A stretch of 62,574 bases of DNA, counting the filler. It is 3 parts of 3 records of this genome, joined end to end, with 100 filler letters (N's around TTAATTAATTAA, not from the genome) between each part and the next. Parts side by side here need not be neighbours in the genome. Positions count along the whole stretch, not along the records: positions 23,074 to 52,617 come from SRR20825010_83; 2 more parts are not named here. The stretch is one strand, 5' to 3'. The position numbers and the translations under genes are program-made. Shown piece after piece: positions 24,302 to 34,081 of the stretch; the first letter of the stretch is position 1; the number at the start of each line of letters is the position of its first letter. The notes beneath the pieces were generated by a model. The model had not been told where the DNA came from. It searched no databases and was given only the letters and a program-made list of their open reading frames with translations.

Positions 24302-25685
24302 CGGGGCTCTTTTGCCCGACGACGTGGTGATCCGGGTCGAGGATCTCGACAAGGTTTACCGTACCTTCACGACCCCGGTTGACCGGCTCAAGCAATGGGC
24401 GATGGGCGACAAGCGTCAGTACTATCAGGAATCATGGGCGCTTAAGGATATCTCCTTCGATATCCGGCGTGGAGAAGCCGTGGGCCTGGTGGGACGGAAC
24501 GGAGCGGGAAAGTCTACGCTTCTGCAGGTCCTGGCCGGTACGTTGCGCCCCAGCAGGGGGCAGGCGCTGGTGCGCGGGCGGGTCTCCGCCCTGCTGGAAC
24601 TCGGCGCAGGGTTCAGTGGCGACTTCAGCGGCCGTGATAATCTTTATATGAACGCCGCTATTCTCGGCCTCTCTCGCGATGAGATCGATGAGCGCATGGA
24701 TGCGGTCATCGATTTTGCCGATATCGGCGATTATATCGATATGCCCGTCCGGACCTATTCAAGCGGGATGTATGTTCGCCTGGCCTTCTCTCTCGCCATC
24801 AGCGTTCAACCTGACATCCTCATTGTGGATGAGGCACTGTCGGTCGGGGACGAGGGCTTTCAGAACAAGTGTTTCGCGCGGATACGGGACTTCCAGGAAG
24901 CCGGCGGTACCCTGTTCTTCGTCTCGCACAGCCCGCAGGCAGTGATTCAGTTCTGCCGGCGTGCACTCCTCATCGATGATGGCGGAGTGCTGCTTGATGG
25001 CGAGCCGAAATCGGTGATCGACCAGTTTCATCGCCTGGTTTTCGCGCCGGCGGAAAGCCGTCGCGAGATCACTCGCGATATCCGCTCGGGCGGTGCCTCC
25101 AGTGGCGCCATTGAGGATGATACCGGCACCGGATCAGAAACGGCGCCTGAGACCGCAATCGGTGAAAGCCATGACGTCAATCTGACGGCCAAGGGACGGA
25201 CGGAGCTGCCGGAGAACGGCGCCCGGATCCTGAACCCCCGGATCGAAACTCTGGAAGGGGTGCTGGTCAATACCCTGATCCGGGGAAACCAGTACCGGTT
25301 TTGCTTCGATGTCGAGTTTCTCGCCGACGCCTGGCAGGTGCTGTTTCAGATGATGATCCGGACCCATGCCGGATATCCGCTGGGCGGCAGCCGTTCGGCG
25401 CGGCCGTCGGAGCTGACGCTGAGTGTGACCGAAGGGGAGCGCGCAACGGCGTCCTTCACCTTTACCTGCCGGCTGTTTTCCGCATCCCACTATACGATCA
25501 GCTGTGGGGTTATGGGGCGCGCGAACAGTGAATTCGGGTTCCTGCACCGCATCATCGATTCAGTTATGTTCCGCGTGCAGGCCGATCCGGATCTGATGCC
25601 CCAGGGCCTGGTCGATTTTGAACTCGACCCGGATATATCCTTCTCTACAAACCGTGACGATAACCTGAGCGCGAGCGAACCATGA
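24291..25685 (+). CDS. wzt: Polysaccharide ABC transporter ATPase Wzt with C-terminal carbohydrate-binding domain
   Basis: GRNGAGKST, YSSGM, IVDEALSVGD, C-terminal extension; start reassigned to MSSDG. Confidence 0.92.
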   Translation: MSSDGALLPDDVVIRVEDLDKVYRTFTTPVDRLKQWAMGDKRQYYQESWALKDISFDIRRGEAVGLVGRNGAGKSTLLQVLAGTLRPSRGQALVRGRVSALLELGAGFSGDFSGRDNLYMNAAILGLSRDEIDERMDAVIDFADIGDYIDMPVRTYSSGMYVRLAFSLAISVQPDILIVDEALSVGDEGFQNKCFARIRDFQEAGGTLFFVSHSPQAVIQFCRRALLIDDGGVLLDGEPKSVIDQFHRLVFAPAESRREITRDIRSGGASSGAIEDDTGTGSETAPETAIGESHDVNLTAKGRTELPENGARILNPRIETLEGVLVNTLIRGNQYRFCFDVEFLADAWQVLFQMMIRTHAGYPLGGSRSARPSELTLSVTEGERATASFTFTCRLFSASHYTISCGVMGRANSEFGFLHRIIDSVMFRVQADPDLMPQGLVDFELDPDISFSTNRDDNLSASEP

Positions 25686-26578
25686 TCCGACCTAGCGCGA
25701 CATTACTGCCGACCGGGATTGGCCAGACGCTTGCCTGCATGTCTGGGCGGGGCGTTATGGCGGAGCCGGTGATCATCTGTGCGACCGGGGGATCTGGAAC
25801 CCGGGCAATGCGGGTTATTCTGGAACGGGCCGGAGTCTTCATGGGCGATGGCGAAGCCGTCAACAATGTTGGCGACGCGATGCCTTTCGAGCAGTGTCTC
25901 GACGATTACATCAACGCGGTGATGACGGAAACACGCAGTCTGGATTACCGGCTGGACTCGCTGTCTGACGGACTGCGCAAGCGGGTTGTCGGAGATTTCA
26001 GCAGCTGTGTGCGTCACTGGCTTGCCGGGCGACCGAGGGCGGCGGCGCGATGGGGCTGGAAGAACCCGCGCGCCATGTACGTGCTGCCTGTCATCCGCGC
26101 CATATTCCCAAAAATGCGGGTCATTCATATGGTGCGTGACGGCCGTGACATGGCCGTGTCCACCAACCAGTGGCAATTCATCAAGCATTACGAAGCAGTG
26201 CTTGGCAGGGAGAGGGTCGGTGACGACGACCCGATTGAATCATGCCGGCTCTGGAGCAAGGCGAACCTGGACGCCGCGCGCTGGGCGGAGCGCGAGCTTC
26301 ACGGCCGGTATCTGCGGGTGCGTCTGGAAGATCTGGCGCAGCGGCCCTGGGATGTGGGCCGCGAGGTTCTGGCCTTTCTGGATCTTGACCAGAGACAGCT
26401 GGACCATGCCATCGGCGAGATCGCCGAGCCTCCGAGCCTTTTTCGCTGGCGGCGGATCATCCCCGAGGACGTGCTTGAAGCCATCCAGAACGAGAACCAT
26501 ACGACGCTTGAAGCATTTGGGTATTTGGCGGATGGGATGAGCGAGCGCGCGCCCTCCAGAGTACCAGCCGCCCCATGA
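25682..26578 (+). CDS. Sulfotransferase family protein
   Basis: ATGGSGT (5'-PSB-like), WGWKNP, IHMVRDGRDMAVS, VRLEDL. Confidence 0.82.
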   Translation: MIRPSATLLPTGIGQTLACMSGRGVMAEPVIICATGGSGTRAMRVILERAGVFMGDGEAVNNVGDAMPFEQCLDDYINAVMTETRSLDYRLDSLSDGLRKRVVGDFSSCVRHWLAGRPRAAARWGWKNPRAMYVLPVIRAIFPKMRVIHMVRDGRDMAVSTNQWQFIKHYEAVLGRERVGDDDPIESCRLWSKANLDAARWAERELHGRYLRVRLEDLAQRPWDVGREVLAFLDLDQRQLDHAIGEIAEPPSLFRWRRIIPEDVLEAIQNENHTTLEAFGYLADGMSERAPSRVPAAP

Positions 26579-27423
26579 CGGACGGTATGGCGCCGGCCCG
26601 CCGAGCCTTGATCGTGCTGGGAATGCATCGCAGTGGAACTTCCGCGCTGAGTGGCACGCTCTGGCGCCTCGGGCTGGATCTCGGATCCAATCTGATGCCG
26701 CCGGAGGAAGGCTCCAACTCACTCGGTTTCTACGAGCACAACAGTATCGTGCCGATCCACGAAATCCTGTTGCGCGCCATGGGCTCGCACTGGAGCAGTA
26801 CCGATCCGTTTCCGGAGAACTGGTTGGAAAGCGCCGCGGCGGATGAGGCACGGGCTTCTATCCGTGCTGTGTTGGATTACGACTTTCCACGTGACGGGAC
26901 GAGCGATTGGGGTCTCAAGGACCCGAGGCTGTGCCGGTTTGTCCGGCTCTGGCGTCCGCTTCTGGATGGCGTTGAGCCCTGTTTCATTCTGGTGCGCCGG
27001 GATCCGGCCGAGGTTGCCGCGTCCCTGAACACGCGTGACGGTATGGCTCTGGAGGACGCGGCATGGCTCTGGTGGCGCTACATGTCGGAAGCGGAGCGTG
27101 ACACGCGCGGGGCGCACCGCATCTTCGTGGATTATGACCAGTTGCTGAATGACTGGCGGGGGATGATCAAACGGATAGGCGCTGCATTCACGTTGCCGGG
27201 GATGCCGGCTCTGGCTCTTGATCAGAACGGATCCGGAGCGCAGGAGGTCGACCGGTATCTGGATCCGGCGGAACGACATCACCGTGCCCGTACCATGCGC
27301 GACCACACCGGACTGCCGGAGAGGGTTGCATCCTTTGACGCGATTTTCCGGACGGCGGTCCAGGGGAATGCCGGGGAGATAGACGAAGCCTTCGCTGAAT
27401 TGGATCACGACGCTAAAGCATAG
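26575..27423 (+). CDS. Sulfotransferase family protein
   Basis: VLGMHRSGTS, GFYE, LKDPR, RDPAEVAASL, YDQLL. Confidence 0.85.
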   Translation: MTDGMAPARRALIVLGMHRSGTSALSGTLWRLGLDLGSNLMPPEEGSNSLGFYEHNSIVPIHEILLRAMGSHWSSTDPFPENWLESAAADEARASIRAVLDYDFPRDGTSDWGLKDPRLCRFVRLWRPLLDGVEPCFILVRRDPAEVAASLNTRDGMALEDAAWLWWRYMSEAERDTRGAHRIFVDYDQLLNDWRGMIKRIGAAFTLPGMPALALDQNGSGAQEVDRYLDPAERHHRARTMRDHTGLPERVASFDAIFRTAVQGNAGEIDEAFAELDHDAKA

Positions 27424-27551
27424 TGACGGGTGGCCCCGTTAGCGCTGTCACTGCCTGAGAGGTGTGGCAAGGATACGAGGTGGGGGTTAGTTGACAAAAT
27501 TTTAGCGTTCTGTCACTACCCGGCGGCTAACCTTCTTTTTTTATTACTTTC

Positions 27552-28787
27552 GTGGACCCGAGCGTGGCCCTTTCAGTAGTGATCCCGACCTATAACCCGC
27601 GTCGGTCGCTGGCCGACTTGCTCGAGAAATGTATGGAGCACGCGGGAGGGATCGAACTGGAATTCGTCGTGGTAAACGACGGGTCGACGAACGATGCCGC
27701 CGACCAGCTTGAAAAATGCGCAGAGCGTTTCGACAACCTGGTCTGGACAACGATCGATAACAGCGGTGCCGGCGTCGCCCGGAATGTCGGTGCCGACATG
27801 GCACGGCACGATATTCTGTTGTTCCTGGGCGATGATATCACACCGGTCAATGACGATTTCTTTCGCGCTCATGCCGAGTTGCACGAGCGGATGCCGGGCG
27901 ACAATGTTGCGGTTCTCGGCAAGGTCGTCTGGCCGTCATCCGATGACTTCGACGTGTCTTTCGTGATGAGCCATATACAGGGCGGCGGCGGCGAGCAATT
28001 CGGCTATGCGCATATCCCGCCCTATACCGAACTCGACTGGCGGTTTTTCTATACCGCAAACATCTCGGTCAAGAAGTCGGTCGCGAAGAGCTGGGCCAAG
28101 GAAGGATTCAGCGCTTCCTTCCAGACCTATGGGTATGAGGATATCGAGTTCGCGTACCGGCTGTACAACAGGCCTCAAGGCCTCACGACCGTCTACGCGC
28201 CGCTTTCGGTGGGCACGCATCACCACAAGTATGACGTTGCCGGGTTCCTGCGCCGTCAGGTCAGCGCCGGTAACGCGGCGCGGGAATTTGTGCGCATTCA
28301 CCCGGACGTGGCGACGATGGTGGCGCCCGAGCGGGTTTCACAGGCCCTGAGTGAACCGATCTTGCCGGAAGAAGATCTCAAGATCCCCGATCAACTGTTG
28401 TTGATCGAAGGGCTGAAGGCCTGGATTCGTTTGCTTGAGGGAAGCGGCCGGATGGGCAGCGAGCATTGGCATGCGGCGGCACTGTCGGCCATGTTCCGGT
28501 TGGCCTATGCGCAAGGCTATATCCTGGCCGAGACCGATCCCGAGGCCAATCTAGGCGCCGCTTATGAAGTGGCGCTTGCCCGGTTCCGCGATGACATGAA
28601 CCGGACCGCCTTCATCGAATTCACCGGCTCACTTATTCCGTCTGATCAGCTTTATCCGGACGGGCACTCCGGACTGCCGCAGCGCATGGGGCGAGGGCGT
28701 TTCATGTCGTCACTGCGCCTCTGGGCAACGCGCCGCCCCTTCGTGGTTTCAGTCTACCGTATGCTTCGGCGCGCGGTTGGTGGCTGA
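27552..28787 (+). CDS. Glycosyltransferase family 2
   Basis: SVVIPTYN, VVNDGS, ARNVG, LFLGDD, YGYEDIEF. Confidence 0.9.
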   Translation: MDPSVALSVVIPTYNPRRSLADLLEKCMEHAGGIELEFVVVNDGSTNDAADQLEKCAERFDNLVWTTIDNSGAGVARNVGADMARHDILLFLGDDITPVNDDFFRAHAELHERMPGDNVAVLGKVVWPSSDDFDVSFVMSHIQGGGGEQFGYAHIPPYTELDWRFFYTANISVKKSVAKSWAKEGFSASFQTYGYEDIEFAYRLYNRPQGLTTVYAPLSVGTHHHKYDVAGFLRRQVSAGNAAREFVRIHPDVATMVAPERVSQALSEPILPEEDLKIPDQLLLIEGLKAWIRLLEGSGRMGSEHWHAAALSAMFRLAYAQGYILAETDPEANLGAAYEVALARFRDDMNRTAFIEFTGSLIPSDQLYPDGHSGLPQRMGRGRFMSSLRLWATRRPFVVSVYRMLRRAVGG

Positions 28788-28802
28788 ACTGGAGAGCGCG
28801 GA

Positions 28803-29618
28803 GTGTTTAGTGTTCTAATTCCCGTCTACAACCATCAGGACTATGTCGCTGACGCGGTTCAGTCGGCCTTGGCCAGCCCGCTGGTTCATGAGGTTTTGCT
28901 GGCGGATGACGGATCCAGTGACGAAAGCCGCTCTGTGATCGCGCGGCTCGCGGCAGAGCGCTCGGGACGGGTCAGGGATCTTACACCATCCGAAGGCGGT
29001 AATATTGGCGCGCATGCGCGATTGAACCAGTTGGCGGAAGCGGCGGGTCAGCCCTGGCTCGCAGTGCTTAACTCCGATGATATCTTCGTACCGGCTCGTT
29101 TCGAGGCGGTGCAGATGGCGGTGAACCGGACGCGGTATGATTTCGTAACCGGGCATATCGCACTTATGGACGATGGTGGCGCCCCTCTTGGTATCAAGCG
29201 GGGGCCGTTATCGCCGGAATTTCCGTTTCCCCGGGAGATGAAGGTTCGCGATCATCTTGCGGAACACGATCTTCTGCCAATACTGGCTAACCAGAATTTC
29301 ATCGCGACCACGAGCAATATGCTGTTCAGCAAGCAGCTGTATCAAAGGATCGGTGGTTTCCGCGACTATCGTTATGTGCATGACTGGGACTTCGCGTTGC
29401 GGGCTGCATTGCTCGGAAATGTATTGTTCCTTCCGCAAATTCTGGTCCGGTACCGGACACATGCCTCCAACACGATCAAGGAGGATGGTGGCGCTGTCAC
29501 CACCGAGGTCCGTCGCCTATTCAAGAAGATCGCCGGGGAATACGCCGAGTCATTTTCAATGACGGATGTGAAGGCTGGCCTGGCCGGTAATCGTTATCTC
29601 CGTGAAGAGGTCGTGTGA
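28803..29618 (+). CDS. Glycosyltransferase family 2
   Basis: SVLIPVYN, ADDGSSD, LNSDD, HDWDF, YRTH. Confidence 0.9.
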   Translation: MFSVLIPVYNHQDYVADAVQSALASPLVHEVLLADDGSSDESRSVIARLAAERSGRVRDLTPSEGGNIGAHARLNQLAEAAGQPWLAVLNSDDIFVPARFEAVQMAVNRTRYDFVTGHIALMDDGGAPLGIKRGPLSPEFPFPREMKVRDHLAEHDLLPILANQNFIATTSNMLFSKQLYQRIGGFRDYRYVHDWDFALRAALLGNVLFLPQILVRYRTHASNTIKEDGGAVTTEVRRLFKKIAGEYAESFSMTDVKAGLAGNRYLREEVV

Positions 29619-30577
29619 TCATGGCTATTCGCGCCGCGCAGCCGCTTCTGGGGAAAACCTGTCTTGTCCTCGGGGCCGGCGGGTTTATCGGGTGGAATCT
29701 CGTCCATCGGCTTCGCGACGATGGTGCGGTTGTGATCGCGTTCGATATGCGGTCGGCGCCAGACGGATGTCCGGGCGATGTGGAGTGGGTCGAGGCGGGA
29801 CTTGACGACCATGCATGCCTGTCGGCTCTGGTGAAGCGCGTGGATACGGTTTTCCATCTCGCATCATCCTCGACACCCTCCTCGGCGAACGCGGATCCCG
29901 CAGGCGATGTGGGCAATTCCATTCTGCCGGCCCTGGCCCTACTCGATATGTTGGCCGAGTCAGACGCGCGTCTGGTTTTTGTTTCTTCAGGCGGCACTGT
30001 GTATGGCCCGGACGTTCCGGTTCCGACGCCTGAAACCGCGCCGACAGATCCGATCAACGCCTATGGCGTCAGCAAGCTCGCAATAGAAAAATACATTGCG
30101 ATCAGCCGTCGCCAACGTGGTCTGGACGCGATCATTCTCAGGGTGGCCAATCCCTATGGCCCACATCAGAATCCTTTGCGGGGACAAGGCGCAATCGCTG
30201 CGTTTTTGCATCGCGCGCTGACTGGTGAGGTGATCGAGATTTGGGGAACGGGTGAGGTGATTCGCGATTATATCTATATCGGGGACCTGACCGCCGCGCT
30301 CTCTGCATCGGCCATTTACGATGGCCCGCACGGGCTTTTCAATATCGGTGGCGGCAGCGGACTGAGCCTGAACGACATCATTTCCAAAATTGAGCCCCTG
30401 TTCGACACGCCGCTCCAGATTGAACGCAAACCGGGCCGACCTCTCGATGTCCCGGCCAGTATCCTTGATATTTCGCGTGCCTTAGAGCATCTGGGCTGGC
30501 GCCCGGAGACCCGGATCGAAACGGGCCTTTCCCAAACGCTCGACTGGTTGCGAGGGGTGATCGTCCCGCGTTCCTGA
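29615..30577 (+). CDS. NAD-dependent epimerase/dehydratase
   Basis: GAGGFIG, SSGGTVYG, YGVSK, NPYGP, RDYIY. Confidence 0.92.
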   Translation: MIMAIRAAQPLLGKTCLVLGAGGFIGWNLVHRLRDDGAVVIAFDMRSAPDGCPGDVEWVEAGLDDHACLSALVKRVDTVFHLASSSTPSSANADPAGDVGNSILPALALLDMLAESDARLVFVSSGGTVYGPDVPVPTPETAPTDPINAYGVSKLAIEKYIAISRRQRGLDAIILRVANPYGPHQNPLRGQGAIAAFLHRALTGEVIEIWGTGEVIRDYIYIGDLTAALSASAIYDGPHGLFNIGGGSGLSLNDIISKIEPLFDTPLQIERKPGRPLDVPASILDISRALEHLGWRPETRIETGLSQTLDWLRGVIVPRS

Positions 30578-30685
30578 GCTCGCGCCAGGTCTTGGATCCG
30601 ATGCGGTGCGGCCGGCTTTTCTCCGTTGATTTCGGTGCGCCCCGGAGTTTGATATAAACTAGGCTCAAAATGGGGGCAGAATATC

Positions 30686-31420
30686 ATGGCGGCTGAAGTC
30701 TTCGCGATACACGGGGTAGCAGCAACGGAAGCCGGAACGGCAAAGGCCGATGCGCTGATAGCACTCTGTGACGATGCGATGCCGTCGGACAGGCGGTCGT
30801 GGTTGGTTTTTGCAGACGGGATTGACGCCGCCGCCGTCGCGCATATCGACAAAATCATTTCATTTTCGCCATCAACCATCGCCGAAATCGAGCCGGAAAA
30901 GATCGTGGCCTCGCCGCTCGATGGCCCGGCGCTGGCCTTGTTCGAGCCTCTGCCGGAAGCACCGACGCGGGCATTGTCCTCGGTATTGATCGATGCAACG
31001 GGGGATGAGCCCTGGATACGGAGGCTGGTCGAGCATTTGCTCGGGAAATACACATTGACCGCAGCCTCTCGAAACCAGGAAGACCTTGCCGGGATGATCC
31101 GCAACGATGGTGTGTGGTCGTTGGTGGCATCGCGACGCGTGGACTGGGTTGATCTTATCAGCCGGCATGATCTGGTCATCACCGCTGACCCGCTTACGGC
31201 GGCGCTCGCGAACGGAATTCTGAAGCCTGTATTATTGATTGATCATGATCCGGTTGAGGGGCTTCCAGCCTGCTTTGCAGCGGAGTTGGACGGTATTGTG
31301 GATCAGCTCTCCCGTCTGGATATGGTGGCGGCCGGGGCTGATCTTTTGAACGCCAAACGCCGGGCTCATGGGCGCGCCCTTGACGATATGCGCGGCGCGC
31401 TTGGCGGGAGCGGCGCATGA
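30686..31420 (+). CDS. Hypothetical protein in glycan cluster
   Basis: 244-aa ORF coupled (ATGA) to the next gene; DLVIT..KPVLLI weakly resembles a GT-B C-terminal motif. Confidence 0.5.
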   Translation: MAAEVFAIHGVAATEAGTAKADALIALCDDAMPSDRRSWLVFADGIDAAAVAHIDKIISFSPSTIAEIEPEKIVASPLDGPALALFEPLPEAPTRALSSVLIDATGDEPWIRRLVEHLLGKYTLTAASRNQEDLAGMIRNDGVWSLVASRRVDWVDLISRHDLVITADPLTAALANGILKPVLLIDHDPVEGLPACFAAELDGIVDQLSRLDMVAAGADLLNAKRRAHGRALDDMRGALGGSGA

Positions 31421-32994
31421 CGCCGATACTCGACCGGTTCTCCCGGCATGGAGAAGATCCGGCCCCGGGAGCCATCTCGGGAATTCATAGCGGAAATATC
31501 GGCGATATCATTTACGCACTGCCGACGGTCCGTGCGCTCGGCATTACCCATATGATGCTGAACGTTTGCGAGGACCCCGGTGCCGGCGGCCGAATTCTCA
31601 CGGAGGCGATGGCGAAATCCCTGGTTTCCCTGTTGCTGGAGCAACCAGGCATCAAAACGGTGGATATTGTCGGCGCGCCGGTCCGCCTGGGGGCGGGGTA
31701 CGGGCATCAGGCTAAAGTGTCCGCGCTGGTCAAGGGGCTGCCACTTGAGCACATTGCTCCTGCGACATTGGGTGTGGATTATATCCTGGACCAGTTCCGG
31801 TTGCAGCCGCTGGAGCGACGGCATCTGGTTCATGCGCATGCAATGGCTTTTGGAGCCCGTGTCGATCCTGCACGTGCCTGGATAGAGAAACCGGTGTCAG
31901 CAGCGCCGGATCAGGGGATCGCGGTCTCCGTCACACCGCGTTATCGGAACCGTCCGAATGAACGGCTTGCGGAAATCCTGGATGGCTTTGGTCCGGTGAC
32001 CCTGATCGGTTTCAGCAAGGAGTTGCCAAACTATTTTGGTATCGAAGGGGAGCTGCGGGAATTCTCGGACGCCCGGGAGCTGTCCACTTTTCTCGCTGGC
32101 TGTTCAGTTTTCGTGGGCGTCCCTTCGTTTCCCGCCGCGATCGCGGAAGCGATGAAAATACCGCGGCTGATCGATCTTGCAGACGATCTTGTCAATGTGT
32201 TCCCCGTTGGTCCGAACGGATGGGCGATGCCGGAAGCGACGGAAGGTGCGCGCCATCTGCTTGCTGGTCTTTTGCGCAAACCGGGAACGGTTGCCAACCG
32301 GGTCAGGCCCGCCGTTCAAATTGCTCCCCCTGAGCCCAAGACATCCTGTCGGTTCACGCTGGAGTGGGAACAGGCGGGTACGGTGATAGGCGGCACGCAT
32401 CGGGTGAGAGCCGAGGTGGCATTGGGCCGGGCGCCGGTCCGCGTCCATATCGAGGTGCCGCGTCTGGTTGATACCCCGGCTGCTTTTGAGCTGGTGATGG
32501 AGGCGCGCACCGGCGCGCTTGAAATCTCCAATCTCAGATGCGTGGAAGGGGGGCACACATTGTGGACCGCGCGGGAAGCGGGCGCCATGACCATGGTTGA
32601 TGATAACAACGTGTCGGCGCCGCCCGGGATCTTGCGTTGGCTACGCGAGAACGACAGCTCGAACCGCGTTCGGATAAATGTGCCTGAGGCCATTCGGGAT
32701 CGGGTCAGGGAGGGGCATGTTCGTTTCGTATTCGATTTCCGGGTGCCGCAAATCTCTGAGGCCGGGCAATGGGCCGCGCGCACGATCGTCGGGTTGAGAG
32801 ACGCCCTGTCGCGGGAACGGGCCGGGACTGAGCGTCTGCAGAAAGAGTTGTCGGCAGCCCGAGAGGAATTGTCGAATTCCGAGGACAGACTGGTAAATGT
32901 CTATCGATCGACCTCATGGAAAGTAACAGCTCCGCTCCGCGCGGTGGTGGGGCTAGTGAAGCCGCAACAGGGCAAAGTGCGTCATGACAAATAA
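31417..32994 (+). CDS. GT9-like protein with beta domain, coiled coil and C-terminal SxSWxxTxPLR motif
   Basis: HSGNIGDIIYALP, FVGVPS..AIAEAM; C-terminal coiled coil then STSWKVTAPLR. Confidence 0.55.
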   Translation: MTPILDRFSRHGEDPAPGAISGIHSGNIGDIIYALPTVRALGITHMMLNVCEDPGAGGRILTEAMAKSLVSLLLEQPGIKTVDIVGAPVRLGAGYGHQAKVSALVKGLPLEHIAPATLGVDYILDQFRLQPLERRHLVHAHAMAFGARVDPARAWIEKPVSAAPDQGIAVSVTPRYRNRPNERLAEILDGFGPVTLIGFSKELPNYFGIEGELREFSDARELSTFLAGCSVFVGVPSFPAAIAEAMKIPRLIDLADDLVNVFPVGPNGWAMPEATEGARHLLAGLLRKPGTVANRVRPAVQIAPPEPKTSCRFTLEWEQAGTVIGGTHRVRAEVALGRAPVRVHIEVPRLVDTPAAFELVMEARTGALEISNLRCVEGGHTLWTAREAGAMTMVDDNNVSAPPGILRWLRENDSSNRVRINVPEAIRDRVREGHVRFVFDFRVPQISEAGQWAARTIVGLRDALSRERAGTERLQKELSAAREELSNSEDRLVNVYRSTSWKVTAPLRAVVGLVKPQQGKVRHDK

Positions 32995-34081
32995 AACGAC
33001 GGCTGGACTGAACCGCACGGCGGTCTTCACCAGCATTGTCGCGAACTATCTTCCCAAGGCCCGTGTGCTCGCCAAATCCGTCAAACGCCAACACCCGGAA
33101 TGCCGTTTCATCGCGGTTGTTTCGGAGCCATGGCCAGAAGATCTGGACCTTGCTCTGGAACCGTTCGACGAGGTTATCGGCCCAAAGGAACTCATGGAGT
33201 CCGGGCTGGCCCCGGGGCGGTTCGAAGCATGGGTGTTCTCCCACTCGATTGTCGAGGCGTCGACGGCGGTGAAGGGAACAGCGTTGAAGCGCCTTCTCGC
33301 CGATCCACGCCATGACAAGGTCATCTTCCTTGATCCTGATGTTGCAGTGTTTGGAGATCTCTCTCCCATTGCGGAGCGTCTGGAAGAACGCCCGATCCTG
33401 TTAACGCCCCATGACCTGACGCCGATCCGCACCGGTGACAGCGGGGGCGATTATCTTCAGGCGATCCGCGATCACGAAATCATCCTGCTGCGCCATGGTG
33501 TCTATAATTTTGGTTTCTTTGCCGTTGCCGACCAGCCGGAGGGGCGCCGTTTTGCGGAATGGTGGGCCGACCGGCTGACCCATTTCTGTATCGACGATGT
33601 TTCCGAAGGGCTTTTTACGGATCAGCGGTGGGGCGATCTTGTTCCCGTGTTCTTCCCCGATACTGAAATACTGACGGACCCGGGCTACAATGTGGCTGCC
33701 TGGAACCTGATCCACCGTACATTGTCCGGTTCCGTGGAGAGTGGCCTCGAGGTGAATGGAAACCCCTTGCGGTTTTATCACTTCACCGGTTTTGACTCTG
33801 GTGCGCACACGACCGTCAACAAGGCCTATGGCTCGAGCCAAACTGCGGTTGCTCCCTTGTTGGACTGGTACGAGGAGGCTTGCAGGGCTGAAGGACAGGA
33901 AACCGAAGGCAGCCGAGTCTGGGCTTATGCTTGCTATCGGGACGGAACGCCGATCACCATGGCCGAGCGCCGTTTCTTCAGACATCACCCCGATGTCGAA
34001 GCGACCTTCCAAAACCCGTTCCAGGTTGCCCCCGATCCGTCTTTCAAGGACTGGTATCGTGATCATGTCGGCGCGCTGTGA
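32984..34081 (+). CDS. GT-A (GT8-like) glycosyltransferase
   Basis: NYLPKARVL, TAVK, FLDPD, GVYNFGF, FTDQRW, GYNVAAWNL, FYHFTG. Confidence 0.8.
   Translation: MTNKTTAGLNRTAVFTSIVANYLPKARVLAKSVKRQHPECRFIAVVSEPWPEDLDLALEPFDEVIGPKELMESGLAPGRFEAWVFSHSIVEASTAVKGTALKRLLADPRHDKVIFLDPDVAVFGDLSPIAERLEERPILLTPHDLTPIRTGDSGGDYLQAIRDHEIILLRHGVYNFGFFAVADQPEGRRFAEWWADRLTHFCIDDVSEGLFTDQRWGDLVPVFFPDTEILTDPGYNVAAWNLIHRTLSGSVESGLEVNGNPLRFYHFTGFDSGAHTTVNKAYGSSQTAVAPLLDWYEEACRAEGQETEGSRVWAYACYRDGTPITMAERRFFRHHPDVEATFQNPFQVAPDPSFKDWYRDHVGAL

Noticed and set aside
27491-27515. TTGACA and TGACA-N14-TGTCA inverted repeat before the GT2 gene
   Set aside because: No convincing -10 box and only 5-bp arms; could be chance
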